Positions 27,243 to 36,460 of a stretch of DNA of 64,000 nucleotides are shown here, in pieces. The DNA comes from Patescibacteria group bacterium (GTDB lineage Bacteria; Patescibacteriota; Patescibacteriia; Patescibacteriales; JBAZCA01). Position numbers and translations under genes: made by a program. Position 1 is the stretch's first letter, and each line of letters starts with the position of its first letter. The stretch is from NCBI GenBank assembly GCA_041661505.1, contig JBAZUF010000003.1:74772-138771 (forward strand), written 5' to 3'. The notes under the pieces are model-generated. The model saw only the letters and a program-made list of their open reading frames with translations. It was not told the origin of the DNA and ran no database searches.

Positions 27243-28247
27243 ATGCTAACCAGTTTTAATATCCAGGCCGAAAAAATTGAGAAGCTGAAAAGTTGCCGGC
27301 TGTCTGTTTTCGGGCGGCTGGAAAAGGATATCGTTTGTACTTTTTCCGGAAAAACCGCGCTTTCTTTAGTATTAAAATATTTCCGGCAGAATGGAACGCT
27401 TAGCGATAAAACCGGCGAGGTAATGGTTCCGTCTTGGCTTGGGGGGCCGGTTTATATGATAATGCATAAGTTTTGCTTTCCCACAGTTTTTTACAATAAA
27501 AAGGTAAAAGTCCTTATGGCCTACCATCAATGGGGATTTCCTCAAGATATTGATTATCTTAAGGATTTTTGCGAAGATAAAAAGCTCGTTATGATTGAAG
27601 ACTGCGCCCACGCTTTCCGAAGCTATTATAAAGGAAAAAGGCTCGGAACTTTTGGCCAGGCGGCCATCTTTAGCTTTGCCAAATTTTTTTCCTCCATAGC
27701 TGGCGGCGCAATTTATTCTGAAGATAAAAAATTAAAAAAATTTGCAGAAAGGGAGCTTTCCCAAGGCGAAGATAAACTTTCCCGAAAAGCTTTTTACCAT
27801 AATTTTAAGGTCGGCCGAAAACCGGATAAGAATAATTTGATTGAGCTTGAAAGGTATTACGCCGTGTATGACCGGCTGGGGAGATGCCCGGCCTATTCGC
27901 TAAACAAGGTAAAAAGCGAACTGGCGGGAGAAAATAATGCATTGGCCAGGAGGAAGAAGAATTTTTTTCTCCTCCGAGAAGCTTTTAAAAATTGCCGCCG
28001 CGCGGAACTTTTTTCTGCGGATGATATTCTTCCTTGGGCGCTTCCTTTGTTTACCCGCAAGGGCGCGGAAGAAAAAGTCGTCCATTCCCTAAAAAAAATA
28101 AATATTATTTCCGGCGTTTACCACTTTGACGTCAATAAAAATATGCTTAAGCCTAAATTTGAGAGATGTGTCGGGTTGCCGTGCCACCAGGGACTCGGAG
28201 AAAGGGAGCTTGAGGATATAATCAAGGCGGTTAAAGCTAATATTTAA
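27243..28247 (+). CDS. DegT/DnrJ/EryC1/StrS-like PLP enzyme (short form)
   Basis: LVMIEDCAHAFRSYYKGKRLGTFGQAAIFSFAKFFSSIAGGAIY matches the vieDcAha.G..G..G....SF...K...GG core, including a candidate PLP lysine. The N-terminal region is shorter than in typical members. Confidence 0.5.
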   Translation: MLTSFNIQAEKIEKLKSCRLSVFGRLEKDIVCTFSGKTALSLVLKYFRQNGTLSDKTGEVMVPSWLGGPVYMIMHKFCFPTVFYNKKVKVLMAYHQWGFPQDIDYLKDFCEDKKLVMIEDCAHAFRSYYKGKRLGTFGQAAIFSFAKFFSSIAGGAIYSEDKKLKKFAERELSQGEDKLSRKAFYHNFKVGRKPDKNNLIELERYYAVYDRLGRCPAYSLNKVKSELAGENNALARRKKNFFLLREAFKNCRRAELFSADDILPWALPLFTRKGAEEKVVHSLKKINIISGVYHFDVNKNMLKPKFERCVGLPCHQGLGERELEDIIKAVKANI

Positions 28248-28250
28248 TTT

Positions 28251-30050
28251 ATGCCAGTCATAGAAATTTTCAAAAAAATCGCGAGCCTTCTTCGGCTTTT
28301 TAGGCGCGCTTTCGGCCAATATAAAATGGCCATCTCAAGTTTGGTAATATTGAGTTTTTTTAACGGGATTTTTGAAGGCATTGGCATAACGACGATCATC
28401 CCGATTTTTTCCTTTGTCAGCAAAGGCCGGGTGGACAGCCTCGATATAGTTACCAAAACGATCGAAAAGGTCTTTCTTTTTTCAGGCGTACCTTTTACTT
28501 TAAAATATTTACTGATTTTGCTGATCATTCTATTCATTGCCAAGTCAGCCGTACTTTTTTTCGCCAGCTATATTTCTTCTTTAATAACCGCCAAATACGA
28601 AAGAGTAACCCGGGCCCATCTTTTTAAAATAACGCTGGAATCCGATTGGCCATATCTTTCAACCCAAAGACTGGGCTATTTGGATCAAGTAATAACGACC
28701 GACGTTAATACCAGTTCGGGGCTTTTTTTCAATCTAACTAGCTTTATCATCATCGTCACCAAGCTATTGGTTTATATAACTATCGCCATAAATCTTTCTA
28801 TTCCCATTACTCTCATGGCCTTGCTTCTTGGAGTACTAGTTATGTTTGTTTTTAAGCCTCTGTTTTTTAAAAGCAAGCAAATGTCCGAATTGACCGCCAT
28901 GACTTATAAGAAAATGGCCCACTTCATTAACGAAAATATTCTTGGGATGAAGACGGTAAAATCTTTATTGGCCGAGAAAAAAGTAGTCGAAAAAGGGACG
29001 AAATATTTTGATGAGGTAAAGCGGCTGAATATCAAAGCGGCGGTGGCAAAAAATATTACCAACGCCTTGATGCAGCCGATTGGACTGGTTTTTATTATGT
29101 CGCTTTTTGCCTTTTCTTATAAAACCCAGCTTTTTGATTTTGGAACTTTTGCCGTTATAGTCTACGCCATTAACCAAATATTTACCCTAATCCAGATGTT
29201 CCAGGCGCAATTGCACGGAATGGTTTCTGCCGCGCCTTATCTAAAAAGCATTCTAGACTATCAGGACATGACTAAAAATAGCAAAGAGGCGGATGCCGGC
29301 CAAGAGAGATTCAGATTTGATAAATCTTTCAGATTTAACAACGTCGGATTTAGCTATAACAAAGACAAAAAAGTTTTGGACGGGGTCGATTTTTCAATCA
29401 ATAAAGGAAAAATGATTGGCCTTATAGGCGCATCAGGGGCGGGAAAAACCACCATTGTTGATCTTTTACTAAGACTTCTAAGAGCTGAAAAAGGGAAAAT
29501 AACGGTTGATGGAATAGATATTGAGAAAATATCTATAAATGAATGGAGATCTAACGTGGGATATGTTTCGCAGGATATTTTTTTAATGAATGATACGATT
29601 GCCAACAATATCCGTTTTTATGAAGATAGTTTGGCAGAAAATGATATTATTGAAGGGGCTAAAACGGCGAACATCCATGATTTTATTGAAGGTTTGCCCG
29701 ATAAATACGATACGATTGTGGGAGAAAGGGGAATTTTACTTTCCAACGGACAAAGGCAAAGAATCGCCTTGGCCCGGGTTCTGGCTCGAAGGCAAAATTT
29801 GTTAATCCTTGACGAAGCAACAAGCGCCCTGGATAATGAATCGGAAATGCTTATCCAGGAAGCCATAGAAAGATTAAAAGGAAAAATTACAATTTTAGTC
29901 ATCGCCCATCGGCTTTCAACGGTTATGGCGACAGACAAGATTATTGTTTTAGAGAACGGGAAAATTATTGAGGAAGGGAAGCCGGACGATCTTCTAAAAG
30001 ATTGCAAGAGCTATTTTTACAAAGTTTATAACATTCGGGAGCTGGCCTAG
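28251..30050 (+). CDS. ABC exporter, fused permease + ATPase (MsbA/PglK-like)
   Basis: Six predicted TM helices, then Walker A GASGAGKTT, signature LSNGQRQR, Walker B LLILDEATSALD, and H-loop IAHRL. Confidence 0.85.
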   Translation: MPVIEIFKKIASLLRLFRRAFGQYKMAISSLVILSFFNGIFEGIGITTIIPIFSFVSKGRVDSLDIVTKTIEKVFLFSGVPFTLKYLLILLIILFIAKSAVLFFASYISSLITAKYERVTRAHLFKITLESDWPYLSTQRLGYLDQVITTDVNTSSGLFFNLTSFIIIVTKLLVYITIAINLSIPITLMALLLGVLVMFVFKPLFFKSKQMSELTAMTYKKMAHFINENILGMKTVKSLLAEKKVVEKGTKYFDEVKRLNIKAAVAKNITNALMQPIGLVFIMSLFAFSYKTQLFDFGTFAVIVYAINQIFTLIQMFQAQLHGMVSAAPYLKSILDYQDMTKNSKEADAGQERFRFDKSFRFNNVGFSYNKDKKVLDGVDFSINKGKMIGLIGASGAGKTTIVDLLLRLLRAEKGKITVDGIDIEKISINEWRSNVGYVSQDIFLMNDTIANNIRFYEDSLAENDIIEGAKTANIHDFIEGLPDKYDTIVGERGILLSNGQRQRIALARVLARRQNLLILDEATSALDNESEMLIQEAIERLKGKITILVIAHRLSTVMATDKIIVLENGKIIEEGKPDDLLKDCKSYFYKVYNIRELA

Positions 30051-30147
30051 AAATGATGCGGAAATTGCCCAGGCTGATGTTTAAAGAAATGGTGTGAAGG
30101 CAAGTCTGGCGATTAATTGAAGGCGGCTTTTTCGCCGGAAATTTTTT

Positions 30148-31584
30148 ATGTTTAATAAAAACAATAAAGTCTTATTTATAATCCACGATTTATACCAGGA
30201 TGACAACCGGTTTCCGTTAGGCCCGGCCTATTTAGCGGCGGTTTTAAATAAAAACGGCGCGACCGCGGAAGCTTACTGCATGGATGTTTTTCATTTTTCC
30301 AACGATGACCTGGCGCGGCACTTGGATAAAAACGAATATGATTTAATCGGCGTTGGATTTTTAGCCGCCCGCTTTGAAGAAACCGTCCGCGAACTCTGCC
30401 GGGTGATAAACGCCCATAAAAAAAACGCCTGGTTAATACTCGGCGGGCATGGCCCTTCGCCCATCCCGGAATATATTCTTCGGGAAACCGGAGCCGATAT
30501 GATAGCGATAGGAGAGGCAGAAAATACCATTATTGACCTGCTGTCCTGCAAGCTAAATAATGGCAGCCTGGCCGATGTGCCTGGCATAGCCTATCTGGAT
30601 AAAGGGGAGTACCGCTATACCGGTCCGGCCAAAATTGTTAAACAGCTAGATGATGTACCATTTCCTTTGTGGGAAATATTTCCCATGGAAAAATATACGG
30701 CCTGCTCCCAAATGTATAACCAGGGGCCGGAGGAAAAAAGCTTTTCAATAATCGCCGGCCGGGGCTGCATTAACCGCTGTAATTTCTGTTATCGCATGGA
30801 AAAGGGGATAAGGCTGCGGTCTGTTGCGAACATCATGGAAGAATTGAAGCTTCTTTATAGCCAATACGGCGTCAATTGTTTTTTCTTCGAAGACGAGCTA
30901 TTTGTTTTTTCAAAGGCCCGGCTAAAAGAATTTAATGAGGCGTTAAAAGAAGCGGGTTTGAAAATTAAATATTTAGCTAACGCCCGGGTGGACATAATTG
31001 ACGAAGAGTTGGTTGAACTATTGAAAGAAACCGGCTGCCAGTTCGTAAATATCGGCTTTGAATCTTCTAGCGACCGGGTACTGGAACTGATGAAAAAAAA
31101 CGCCACCAGCGACCAAAACATCCGGGCTATGGAAATAATCAATAAAGCCGGCGGAATCGGCATGGGGCTTAATTTTATCTGGAACAATTTAGGCGATACG
31201 GAAGAATCTTTAAAAGAAAACGTGCGTTTGATAAAAAAATATAATACTTATTACCAGTGCCGGACCATCCGCCCGGTTACGCCTTATCCCGGCGCTGACC
31301 TTTATTATACCCTGATTGAAATGGGAAGGATCGAGGGGCCCAAAGATTTCTTTTTGAAGTTTAAAAATTCGGATTTGATTTTTGAAAATGTCATGGATAT
31401 TCCTCTGGAGAAAGCCTATGATTGCCTTTTGGCCGCCAATACCGAGCTAATCCGCGACCATTACAGCCATAAAGGGGAAAACGTAGAGGAAGGCGAAGCG
31501 CTAATCCGCCAGCTAGACGGCCTTTATTCCGGAAAAATTACTACCTTCAGGGGAACGAGACATTACAATCGGGAGGAAAAATAG
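30148..31584 (+). CDS. B12-binding-domain radical SAM protein (paralog 4 of 4)
   Basis: LGPAYLAAVLNKNGATAEAY, IGVGFLA, ILGGHGPS, IAIGEAE, then AGRGCINRCNFCYR. 1-nt gap to the HisF-like gene. Confidence 0.8.
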   Translation: MFNKNNKVLFIIHDLYQDDNRFPLGPAYLAAVLNKNGATAEAYCMDVFHFSNDDLARHLDKNEYDLIGVGFLAARFEETVRELCRVINAHKKNAWLILGGHGPSPIPEYILRETGADMIAIGEAENTIIDLLSCKLNNGSLADVPGIAYLDKGEYRYTGPAKIVKQLDDVPFPLWEIFPMEKYTACSQMYNQGPEEKSFSIIAGRGCINRCNFCYRMEKGIRLRSVANIMEELKLLYSQYGVNCFFFEDELFVFSKARLKEFNEALKEAGLKIKYLANARVDIIDEELVELLKETGCQFVNIGFESSSDRVLELMKKNATSDQNIRAMEIINKAGGIGMGLNFIWNNLGDTEESLKENVRLIKKYNTYYQCRTIRPVTPYPGADLYYTLIEMGRIEGPKDFFLKFKNSDLIFENVMDIPLEKAYDCLLAANTELIRDHYSHKGENVEEGEALIRQLDGLYSGKITTFRGTRHYNREEK

Positions 31585-31585
31585 T

Positions 31586-32347
31586 ATGAAAAATATTCGC
31601 ATCATACCCAGGCTGGACATCAAGGGGCCGAATGTCGTTAAGCCGATTCAGACCGAGGCTTTGCGCGTTGTTGGCAACCCCAAAGAAATGGCCCGGCGCT
31701 ATTACGAGGAAGGGGCTGATGAAATACTCTACCTGGATATCGTAGCGAGCCTTTACCAAAGAAATATTGACTTTGATTTATTAAAATCCGTTACCGAGGA
31801 TATTTTTATTCCCGTAACGGTCGGCGGCGGGATAAGGAGCCTGAACGACATAAATTACGCCTTGAGAGCCGGCGCCGACAAAGTGGCGATCAATACTTAT
31901 CTGGTTAAAAATCCGGCTTTTATTTCTGAAGCAGTTCGCGAGTTCGGTTCGCAGTGTATTGTATTGTTCGTCGAAGCCAAAAAACAGCCGACCGGAATTT
32001 ACGAGGTCTATACCGACGGCGGGCGGGAGCATACCGGGTTAGAAGCAATTGAATGGATCCGCCGGGGAATTGAATTAGGCGCCGGGGAAATTTTAATTTC
32101 TTCCATCGATCGGGACGGAACCCGGCGAGGGTATGATCTTGAATTACTAAAAAAGGTTTCGGAAATTGCGCCAATACCCGTAATCGCCCATGGCGGGGCG
32201 GGAAGCCCCGAATCATTAATCCGGGCGGTGCGGGACGCCAGAGTCGACGCCTTAGCAGTATCTTCAATTTTTCATTATCAAGAATGTTCAATAAATGCCG
32301 TAAAAGAAAATTTAGCCGCGGAAGGAATTAATGTTCGAAAAATATGA
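31586..32347 (+). CDS. Imidazole glycerol phosphate synthase cyclase-subunit homolog (HisF-like, WbuZ-type)
   Basis: RIIPRLDIKG..VVK, GADEILYLDI, VGGGIRS and SIDRDGT are HisF barrel motifs. Located in a glycan operon next to a HisH-like gene and an amidotransferase. Confidence 0.8.
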   Translation: MKNIRIIPRLDIKGPNVVKPIQTEALRVVGNPKEMARRYYEEGADEILYLDIVASLYQRNIDFDLLKSVTEDIFIPVTVGGGIRSLNDINYALRAGADKVAINTYLVKNPAFISEAVREFGSQCIVLFVEAKKQPTGIYEVYTDGGREHTGLEAIEWIRRGIELGAGEILISSIDRDGTRRGYDLELLKKVSEIAPIPVIAHGGAGSPESLIRAVRDARVDALAVSSIFHYQECSINAVKENLAAEGINVRKI

Positions 32348-33000
32348 AGCCGGTAAAAATAGCCATAACCGATTACGGAGTGGGTAATCTTTACAGCCTG
32401 GTTCGGGCGCTGAAATTTTTTAATGCCAGCGCGGAGATTACCGAGGACGCCGATTCGCTTGACGGCTTTGACGGCATAATTCTGCCGGGCGTCGGATCTT
32501 TTGCGGCCGGCATGCGGGGATTAAAAATCAGGGGGCTTGCCGAAAAAATAAAGAAGCTGGCTGGCGAAGGAAAACCGATACTGGGCATATGCCTGGGCGC
32601 CCAGCTATTATTGACCGAAGGGCATGAGTTTGGTACTTTTAACGGATTAGATATTATTAAAGGAAAAGTGATTAAATTCCCTCCGCTGGAAAATAAGGAA
32701 AAAATTCCTCATATCGGCTGGAATAAGCTATCTCTTCCTAAAGGCGGAAGCTGGGGCAAAACTGTGCTGGATGGGATAAAAGAAGAAAGCGACGTCTATT
32801 TTGTCCATTCATATTATCTGGATCCGGAGTCGACCGGCGATGTGCTCGCACTGACTGATTACGGGGGCTTTGCCTTTTGCAGCGCGGTTAAAAAAGGCAA
32901 TGTTTATGGCTGCCAATTCCATCCGGAAAAAAGCGGAAAAGTTGGATTAAAAATAATCGACAATTTTTTAAAAATTTGCGGCGGACAGCTTTCTGTTTAG
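32344..33000 (+). CDS. Glutamine amidotransferase, HisH-like (WbuY-type)
   Basis: IAITDYGVGNL, ILPGVGSF, GICLGAQLL (catalytic Cys), CQFHPEKS (His/Glu). Confidence 0.8.
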   Translation: MKPVKIAITDYGVGNLYSLVRALKFFNASAEITEDADSLDGFDGIILPGVGSFAAGMRGLKIRGLAEKIKKLAGEGKPILGICLGAQLLLTEGHEFGTFNGLDIIKGKVIKFPPLENKEKIPHIGWNKLSLPKGGSWGKTVLDGIKEESDVYFVHSYYLDPESTGDVLALTDYGGFAFCSAVKKGNVYGCQFHPEKSGKVGLKIIDNFLKICGGQLSV

Positions 33001-33046
33001 CTGGAGGGCAATGTAAGGCAGTCTGGTTATAAAGAGAATAAAATAT

Positions 33047-34303
33047 ATGGAACAATTAGAAGCTAAATACGGTCTGCCGGCGGAAGTTAAATTCTGCAAA
33101 AGATGCGTGATTTCCAATCAGCGTCCGAACGCCACGGTTGAATACCAGCATACGGCCGATTCAAAGAAAAAAACCATCCATTTTGACGCGGAAGGGGTTT
33201 GCGACGCTTGCCGGGTGGCGGAAAAGAAAAAAAATGAAATTAACTGGGACGAGCGCGAAGCAGAATTAAAGGCGCTTTGCGACCGGTATCGGAAAAAGGA
33301 CGGCTCTTACGACTGCCTGGTTCCGGGCTCGGGCGGGAAAGACAGCTTCTATACCTCGCACATCCTAAAATATAAGTACGGCATGCATCCTTTGACCTGC
33401 ACTTGGGCGCCGCATATTTATACGCCCTGGGGCTGGAATAATTTTCAAAACTGGATTGGATCCGGCTTTGATAATTATCTTTTTACCCCTAATACCCGGG
33501 TCCATCGCCTTTTAACCCGTCTGGCCGTAGAAAATATCTTTCATCCTTTCCAGCCGTTTATTTTTGGACAAAAATCTTTAGCCCCGAAAATGGCCTTAAC
33601 TTATAATATCCCCTTGGTAATTTACGGCGAACACGAAGCCGAGTACGGCAATCCGATCGCGGACATGGAAAACGCCCGCCGCGACTGGTCGTACTTTACC
33701 GCTAAGGACAAGTCGAAGATATTTTTTGGCGGAGTTTCCGTTGAAGAATTAAAAACCAGGTATGGAATTGAAGAAAATGATTTAGCGCCTTATATGCCGG
33801 CCGATCCGGAGGAACTTACAAAAAACAAAGTTGAAGTGCATTATCTTGGATATTATTTAAAATGGCATCCCCAAGCCTGCTATTATTACGCGGCCGAGCA
33901 CGGCAATTTCCAGGCTTCGCCCGAACGGACGCCCGGCACTTACTCGAAATACAATAGCATTGACGATAGAATCGACGATTTTCATTATTTGACGACTTTC
34001 ATTAAGTTCGGCATCGGCCGGGCGACTTACGACGCTTCCCAGGAAATCCGCTCCGGCGATATCACCCGGGAAGAGGGAGTGGCTTTGGTAAAACGCTATG
34101 ACGGCGAGTTTCCGGAAAGGTTTAGCGAAGAGATTTTTAAGTATTTGAGCGTTTCCGAAAAAGAGTTTCCGGCGGCCTATAAGATGTTTAAAAATCCGGT
34201 TATGACGCGGGAACATTTTATGCAATTGGCCGATCAATTCCGCTCGCCCCATTTATGGAAAAAAGAGAATGGCGAATGGAAACTGCGCTACCAGGTAAAT
34301 TAG
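33047..34303 (+). CDS. N-acetyl sugar amidotransferase (PP-loop ATPase; WbuX/PseA-type)
   Basis: CKRCVISNQRPN..CDAC zinc ribbon, VPGSGGKDS PP-loop, 418 aa. Immediately downstream of the HisF/HisH-like pair. Confidence 0.8.
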   Translation: MEQLEAKYGLPAEVKFCKRCVISNQRPNATVEYQHTADSKKKTIHFDAEGVCDACRVAEKKKNEINWDEREAELKALCDRYRKKDGSYDCLVPGSGGKDSFYTSHILKYKYGMHPLTCTWAPHIYTPWGWNNFQNWIGSGFDNYLFTPNTRVHRLLTRLAVENIFHPFQPFIFGQKSLAPKMALTYNIPLVIYGEHEAEYGNPIADMENARRDWSYFTAKDKSKIFFGGVSVEELKTRYGIEENDLAPYMPADPEELTKNKVEVHYLGYYLKWHPQACYYYAAEHGNFQASPERTPGTYSKYNSIDDRIDDFHYLTTFIKFGIGRATYDASQEIRSGDITREEGVALVKRYDGEFPERFSEEIFKYLSVSEKEFPAAYKMFKNPVMTREHFMQLADQFRSPHLWKKENGEWKLRYQVN

Positions 34304-34338
34304 CAAAGAGTTGCCGGTATTGTTCTTTTTTCGCTGCG

Positions 34339-34396
34339 CCTGCCTGCCGGCAAGGCAGGGAACTCGCCCCGCCTTCAGGCGGGACTCAAATAGTCC
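34339..34396 (+). other. Three consecutive GC-rich hairpins in the 133-nt gap after the amidotransferase gene
   Basis: CCTGCCTG-CCGG-CA(A)GGCAGG (34339-59); CCCGCC-TTCA-GGCGGG (34368-83); GGACT-CAAAT-AGTCC (34382-96), which shares 2 nt with the previous stem. Confidence 0.5.
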
Positions 34397-34436
34397 TCGT
34401 TTCAAAAATAAAATATTTCCGCTAAGCTGATAAAAT

Positions 34437-35420
34437 ATGAGAAACATTTTAGAAGGATATAAAATTTTTAACATTGACCCTAAGCAATTGAGAAATAAGG
34501 ATTTTTTTCGCAATGTTTTGGAATACCGGAAGTTTGTTATGGATAAATTCCCGGACGCGGTAAGAAAAACGGAAGAATTTAAGTGCCTTTTATGCGGAAG
34601 TTCTAATGGGAAAGAGTTTTTAAAATATAAAAATTATCCTTTATTTGAGTGCCTGGATTGCGGTATGGTTTCTCCTAATGTGGATTTAAGCAAGGTGGAT
34701 GAAAAACTGGTTTATGATTCGGAAACCGCTTTGCAGGATGTAAAAAATGATGTGATCAATAATTATGATTACCGGAAAAAAACTTACGCGCCTGAACGGC
34801 TAAATTATATCCTGGAAAAAACCGGTTTAAAAAAAGAAGAGGTGAGGCTTTTGGATGTCGGCTGCGGCCCCGGATATCTCCTTGAGCACTTAAAAGAAAG
34901 CGGGGTTAACTACAAGGGCTTGGAATTGGCCGATTTTTTAGTGGAAATCTGCAAGGGAAGAGGATTGAACGTTGAAAAAAGCGACTTGGCCAATGAGCCG
35001 GACGGCGCCTATAATATCATTACCTTGTTTGATGTTTTGGAACACCTAAGGGTACCGATTGAGATGTTTAAAACGTTGAATAAAAAGCTGGAGGCCGGCG
35101 GCTATGTCCTGGCTTATACTCCCAACATCCACTCTATCGCTTTCCATCTAATGGGCGGTCTGCAAAACAATGTTTATCCCTATATACATTTGTGTTTTTT
35201 TGATCCCCGGTCGCTAGATTACCTGGCAAAAAAAACCGGCTTTGAGGTTCAATCCATCGATTATTACGGCTTGGATGTTATGGACTATTTAAGTTATAAA
35301 AACTACGAAGACGATTATGACTATTTAGGAAAATTAAAGGAATTTATCCCTGTCATGCAGGCGGTTATTGATAAGGGAAAAATAAGCAATCATCAAAGGA
35401 TTATTTTTAAGAAGATTTAA
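34437..35420 (+). CDS. Class I SAM-dependent methyltransferase with N-terminal zinc ribbon
   Basis: CLLCGS..x..CLDCGM ribbon, LLDVGCGPGYLL motif I, ITLFDVLEHL, LEAGGYVLAYTPN. Confidence 0.75.
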   Translation: MRNILEGYKIFNIDPKQLRNKDFFRNVLEYRKFVMDKFPDAVRKTEEFKCLLCGSSNGKEFLKYKNYPLFECLDCGMVSPNVDLSKVDEKLVYDSETALQDVKNDVINNYDYRKKTYAPERLNYILEKTGLKKEEVRLLDVGCGPGYLLEHLKESGVNYKGLELADFLVEICKGRGLNVEKSDLANEPDGAYNIITLFDVLEHLRVPIEMFKTLNKKLEAGGYVLAYTPNIHSIAFHLMGGLQNNVYPYIHLCFFDPRSLDYLAKKTGFEVQSIDYYGLDVMDYLSYKNYEDDYDYLGKLKEFIPVMQAVIDKGKISNHQRIIFKKI

Positions 35421-35459
35421 TTGGTCTTTTAAATAAGCATTTTACTTAGAGGAGAGGAA

Positions 35460-36410
35460 ATGAAAACAACAAATAAGGCTAAAAGAAATATTTGGGTATT
35501 CTGGGCTTTAGGTGAAGCGTCCATCAGCGCCGTCTCGGTATTTATCCTGAAACTGGCCGGACTGGAAATCGGAGTGATTGACCAAGCAATAGTCATGACC
35601 TTGGCCTTAAGCCTGTTCCAGGTAATTTTTAGCGCCTTTACGGTATTTTTCGGCCGGAAGTACCAAGTCAAAAGCAGGGAAATCGGGTGGATGGTCGCTT
35701 TCGGGTTTATTGGATTTTTTATGGATGTGATGGCCTTAACAGTCTTTCAGCTTGGCGGCAGTATAATCATTTTTTCCTTGATTTTCAGCCTGTCAATCAT
35801 ACCAGGAGCGGTTATTGACAGAGTTTGGTTCGGCATCCGTTTCAGCTGGCGACAAATAATAGGAATTATGGTTGGCGCCTTAGCGATTTATTCGATGTTC
35901 GGCTGGCCGTCCTTTGGCGGGAATTTTTCCGGCCAAATTCCTGTCTGGGTTTGGCTTTCGGTCCTGGTTTCCATTGCCGCCGCCCTTAACCAGGGGATAA
36001 GCGTTAAAGTCAGGAACTCCAATCCTCTGGTTATGAATATGGTCGGTGGCGCGGCTATGGTAATCCTGGCTATGGCCGCTTTGATGATTCGCGGCAACTT
36101 GGACCTTATCTATAAAAGCGAACAGCCTTTCCCGCTCTTATGGCAATTATCGTTTGTCCTCGGCCTTTTGGTCGTCGGCCAGTGGACATGCAATCTCTCG
36201 ACTTACCGGTACGGACAGGAGATAACCATCACTTTAAAAAAGTTGGTGGTAAGGAGCGGCTTTCTTTTACTTTCGGCCGGGTTGGGAGCGCTATTTTTTA
36301 GCGAGGCCTTTTCCATTCCCCAAATTGTCGGCATCGTCCTTTTTCTCGTTTCTTTCGCTCTTATTAAAGAAGAGGCTTGGCAGTTTCTTGCCAATAAAGT
36401 TAAGATTTAA
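35460..36410 (+). CDS. Polytopic membrane protein (about 10 TM; DMT/EamA-like transporter or flippase candidate)
   Basis: 316 aa, hydrophobic throughout with a two-halves organisation. One of the few genes with a clear Shine-Dalgarno (GAGGAGAGGAA-ATG). Confidence 0.35.
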   Translation: MKTTNKAKRNIWVFWALGEASISAVSVFILKLAGLEIGVIDQAIVMTLALSLFQVIFSAFTVFFGRKYQVKSREIGWMVAFGFIGFFMDVMALTVFQLGGSIIIFSLIFSLSIIPGAVIDRVWFGIRFSWRQIIGIMVGALAIYSMFGWPSFGGNFSGQIPVWVWLSVLVSIAAALNQGISVKVRNSNPLVMNMVGGAAMVILAMAALMIRGNLDLIYKSEQPFPLLWQLSFVLGLLVVGQWTCNLSTYRYGQEITITLKKLVVRSGFLLLSAGLGALFFSEAFSIPQIVGIVLFLVSFALIKEEAWQFLANKVKI

Positions 36411-36414
36411 AACG

Positions 36415-36443
36415 CCGCTATTAGGAGATAGCGGTTATTTTCT
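36415..36443 (+). terminator. Weak intrinsic-terminator-like hairpin after the membrane protein gene
   Basis: CCGCTA-TTAGGAGA-TAGCGG (6-bp stem) followed by TTATTTTCT. Confidence 0.3.
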
Positions 36444-36460
36444 AAAAATAATTTAAAATT

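Noticed and set aside
29618-30007. Long antisense or alternative-frame ORFs of 110-132 aa. Examples: 29618-30007(-), 31920-32291(-), 33857-34252(-), 50098-50496(-), 50781-51122(-), 23789-24160(+), 62638-63009(-), 58113-58469(-).
   Set aside because: Each lies entirely inside a longer ORF with clear family motifs on the other strand or frame. Their translations are low-complexity (R/S/P/G-rich) and carry no recognisable motifs. They are shadow ORFs.
30053-30097. A 14-codon ORF (MMRKLPRLMFKEMV) between the ABC exporter and a radical SAM gene, considered as a RiPP precursor.
   Set aside because: It is too short and has no leader/core organisation. The exporter has no peptidase domain. The rSAM is coupled by a 1-nt gap to HisF-like sugar chemistry. 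All of the surrounding context is glycan biosynthesis.
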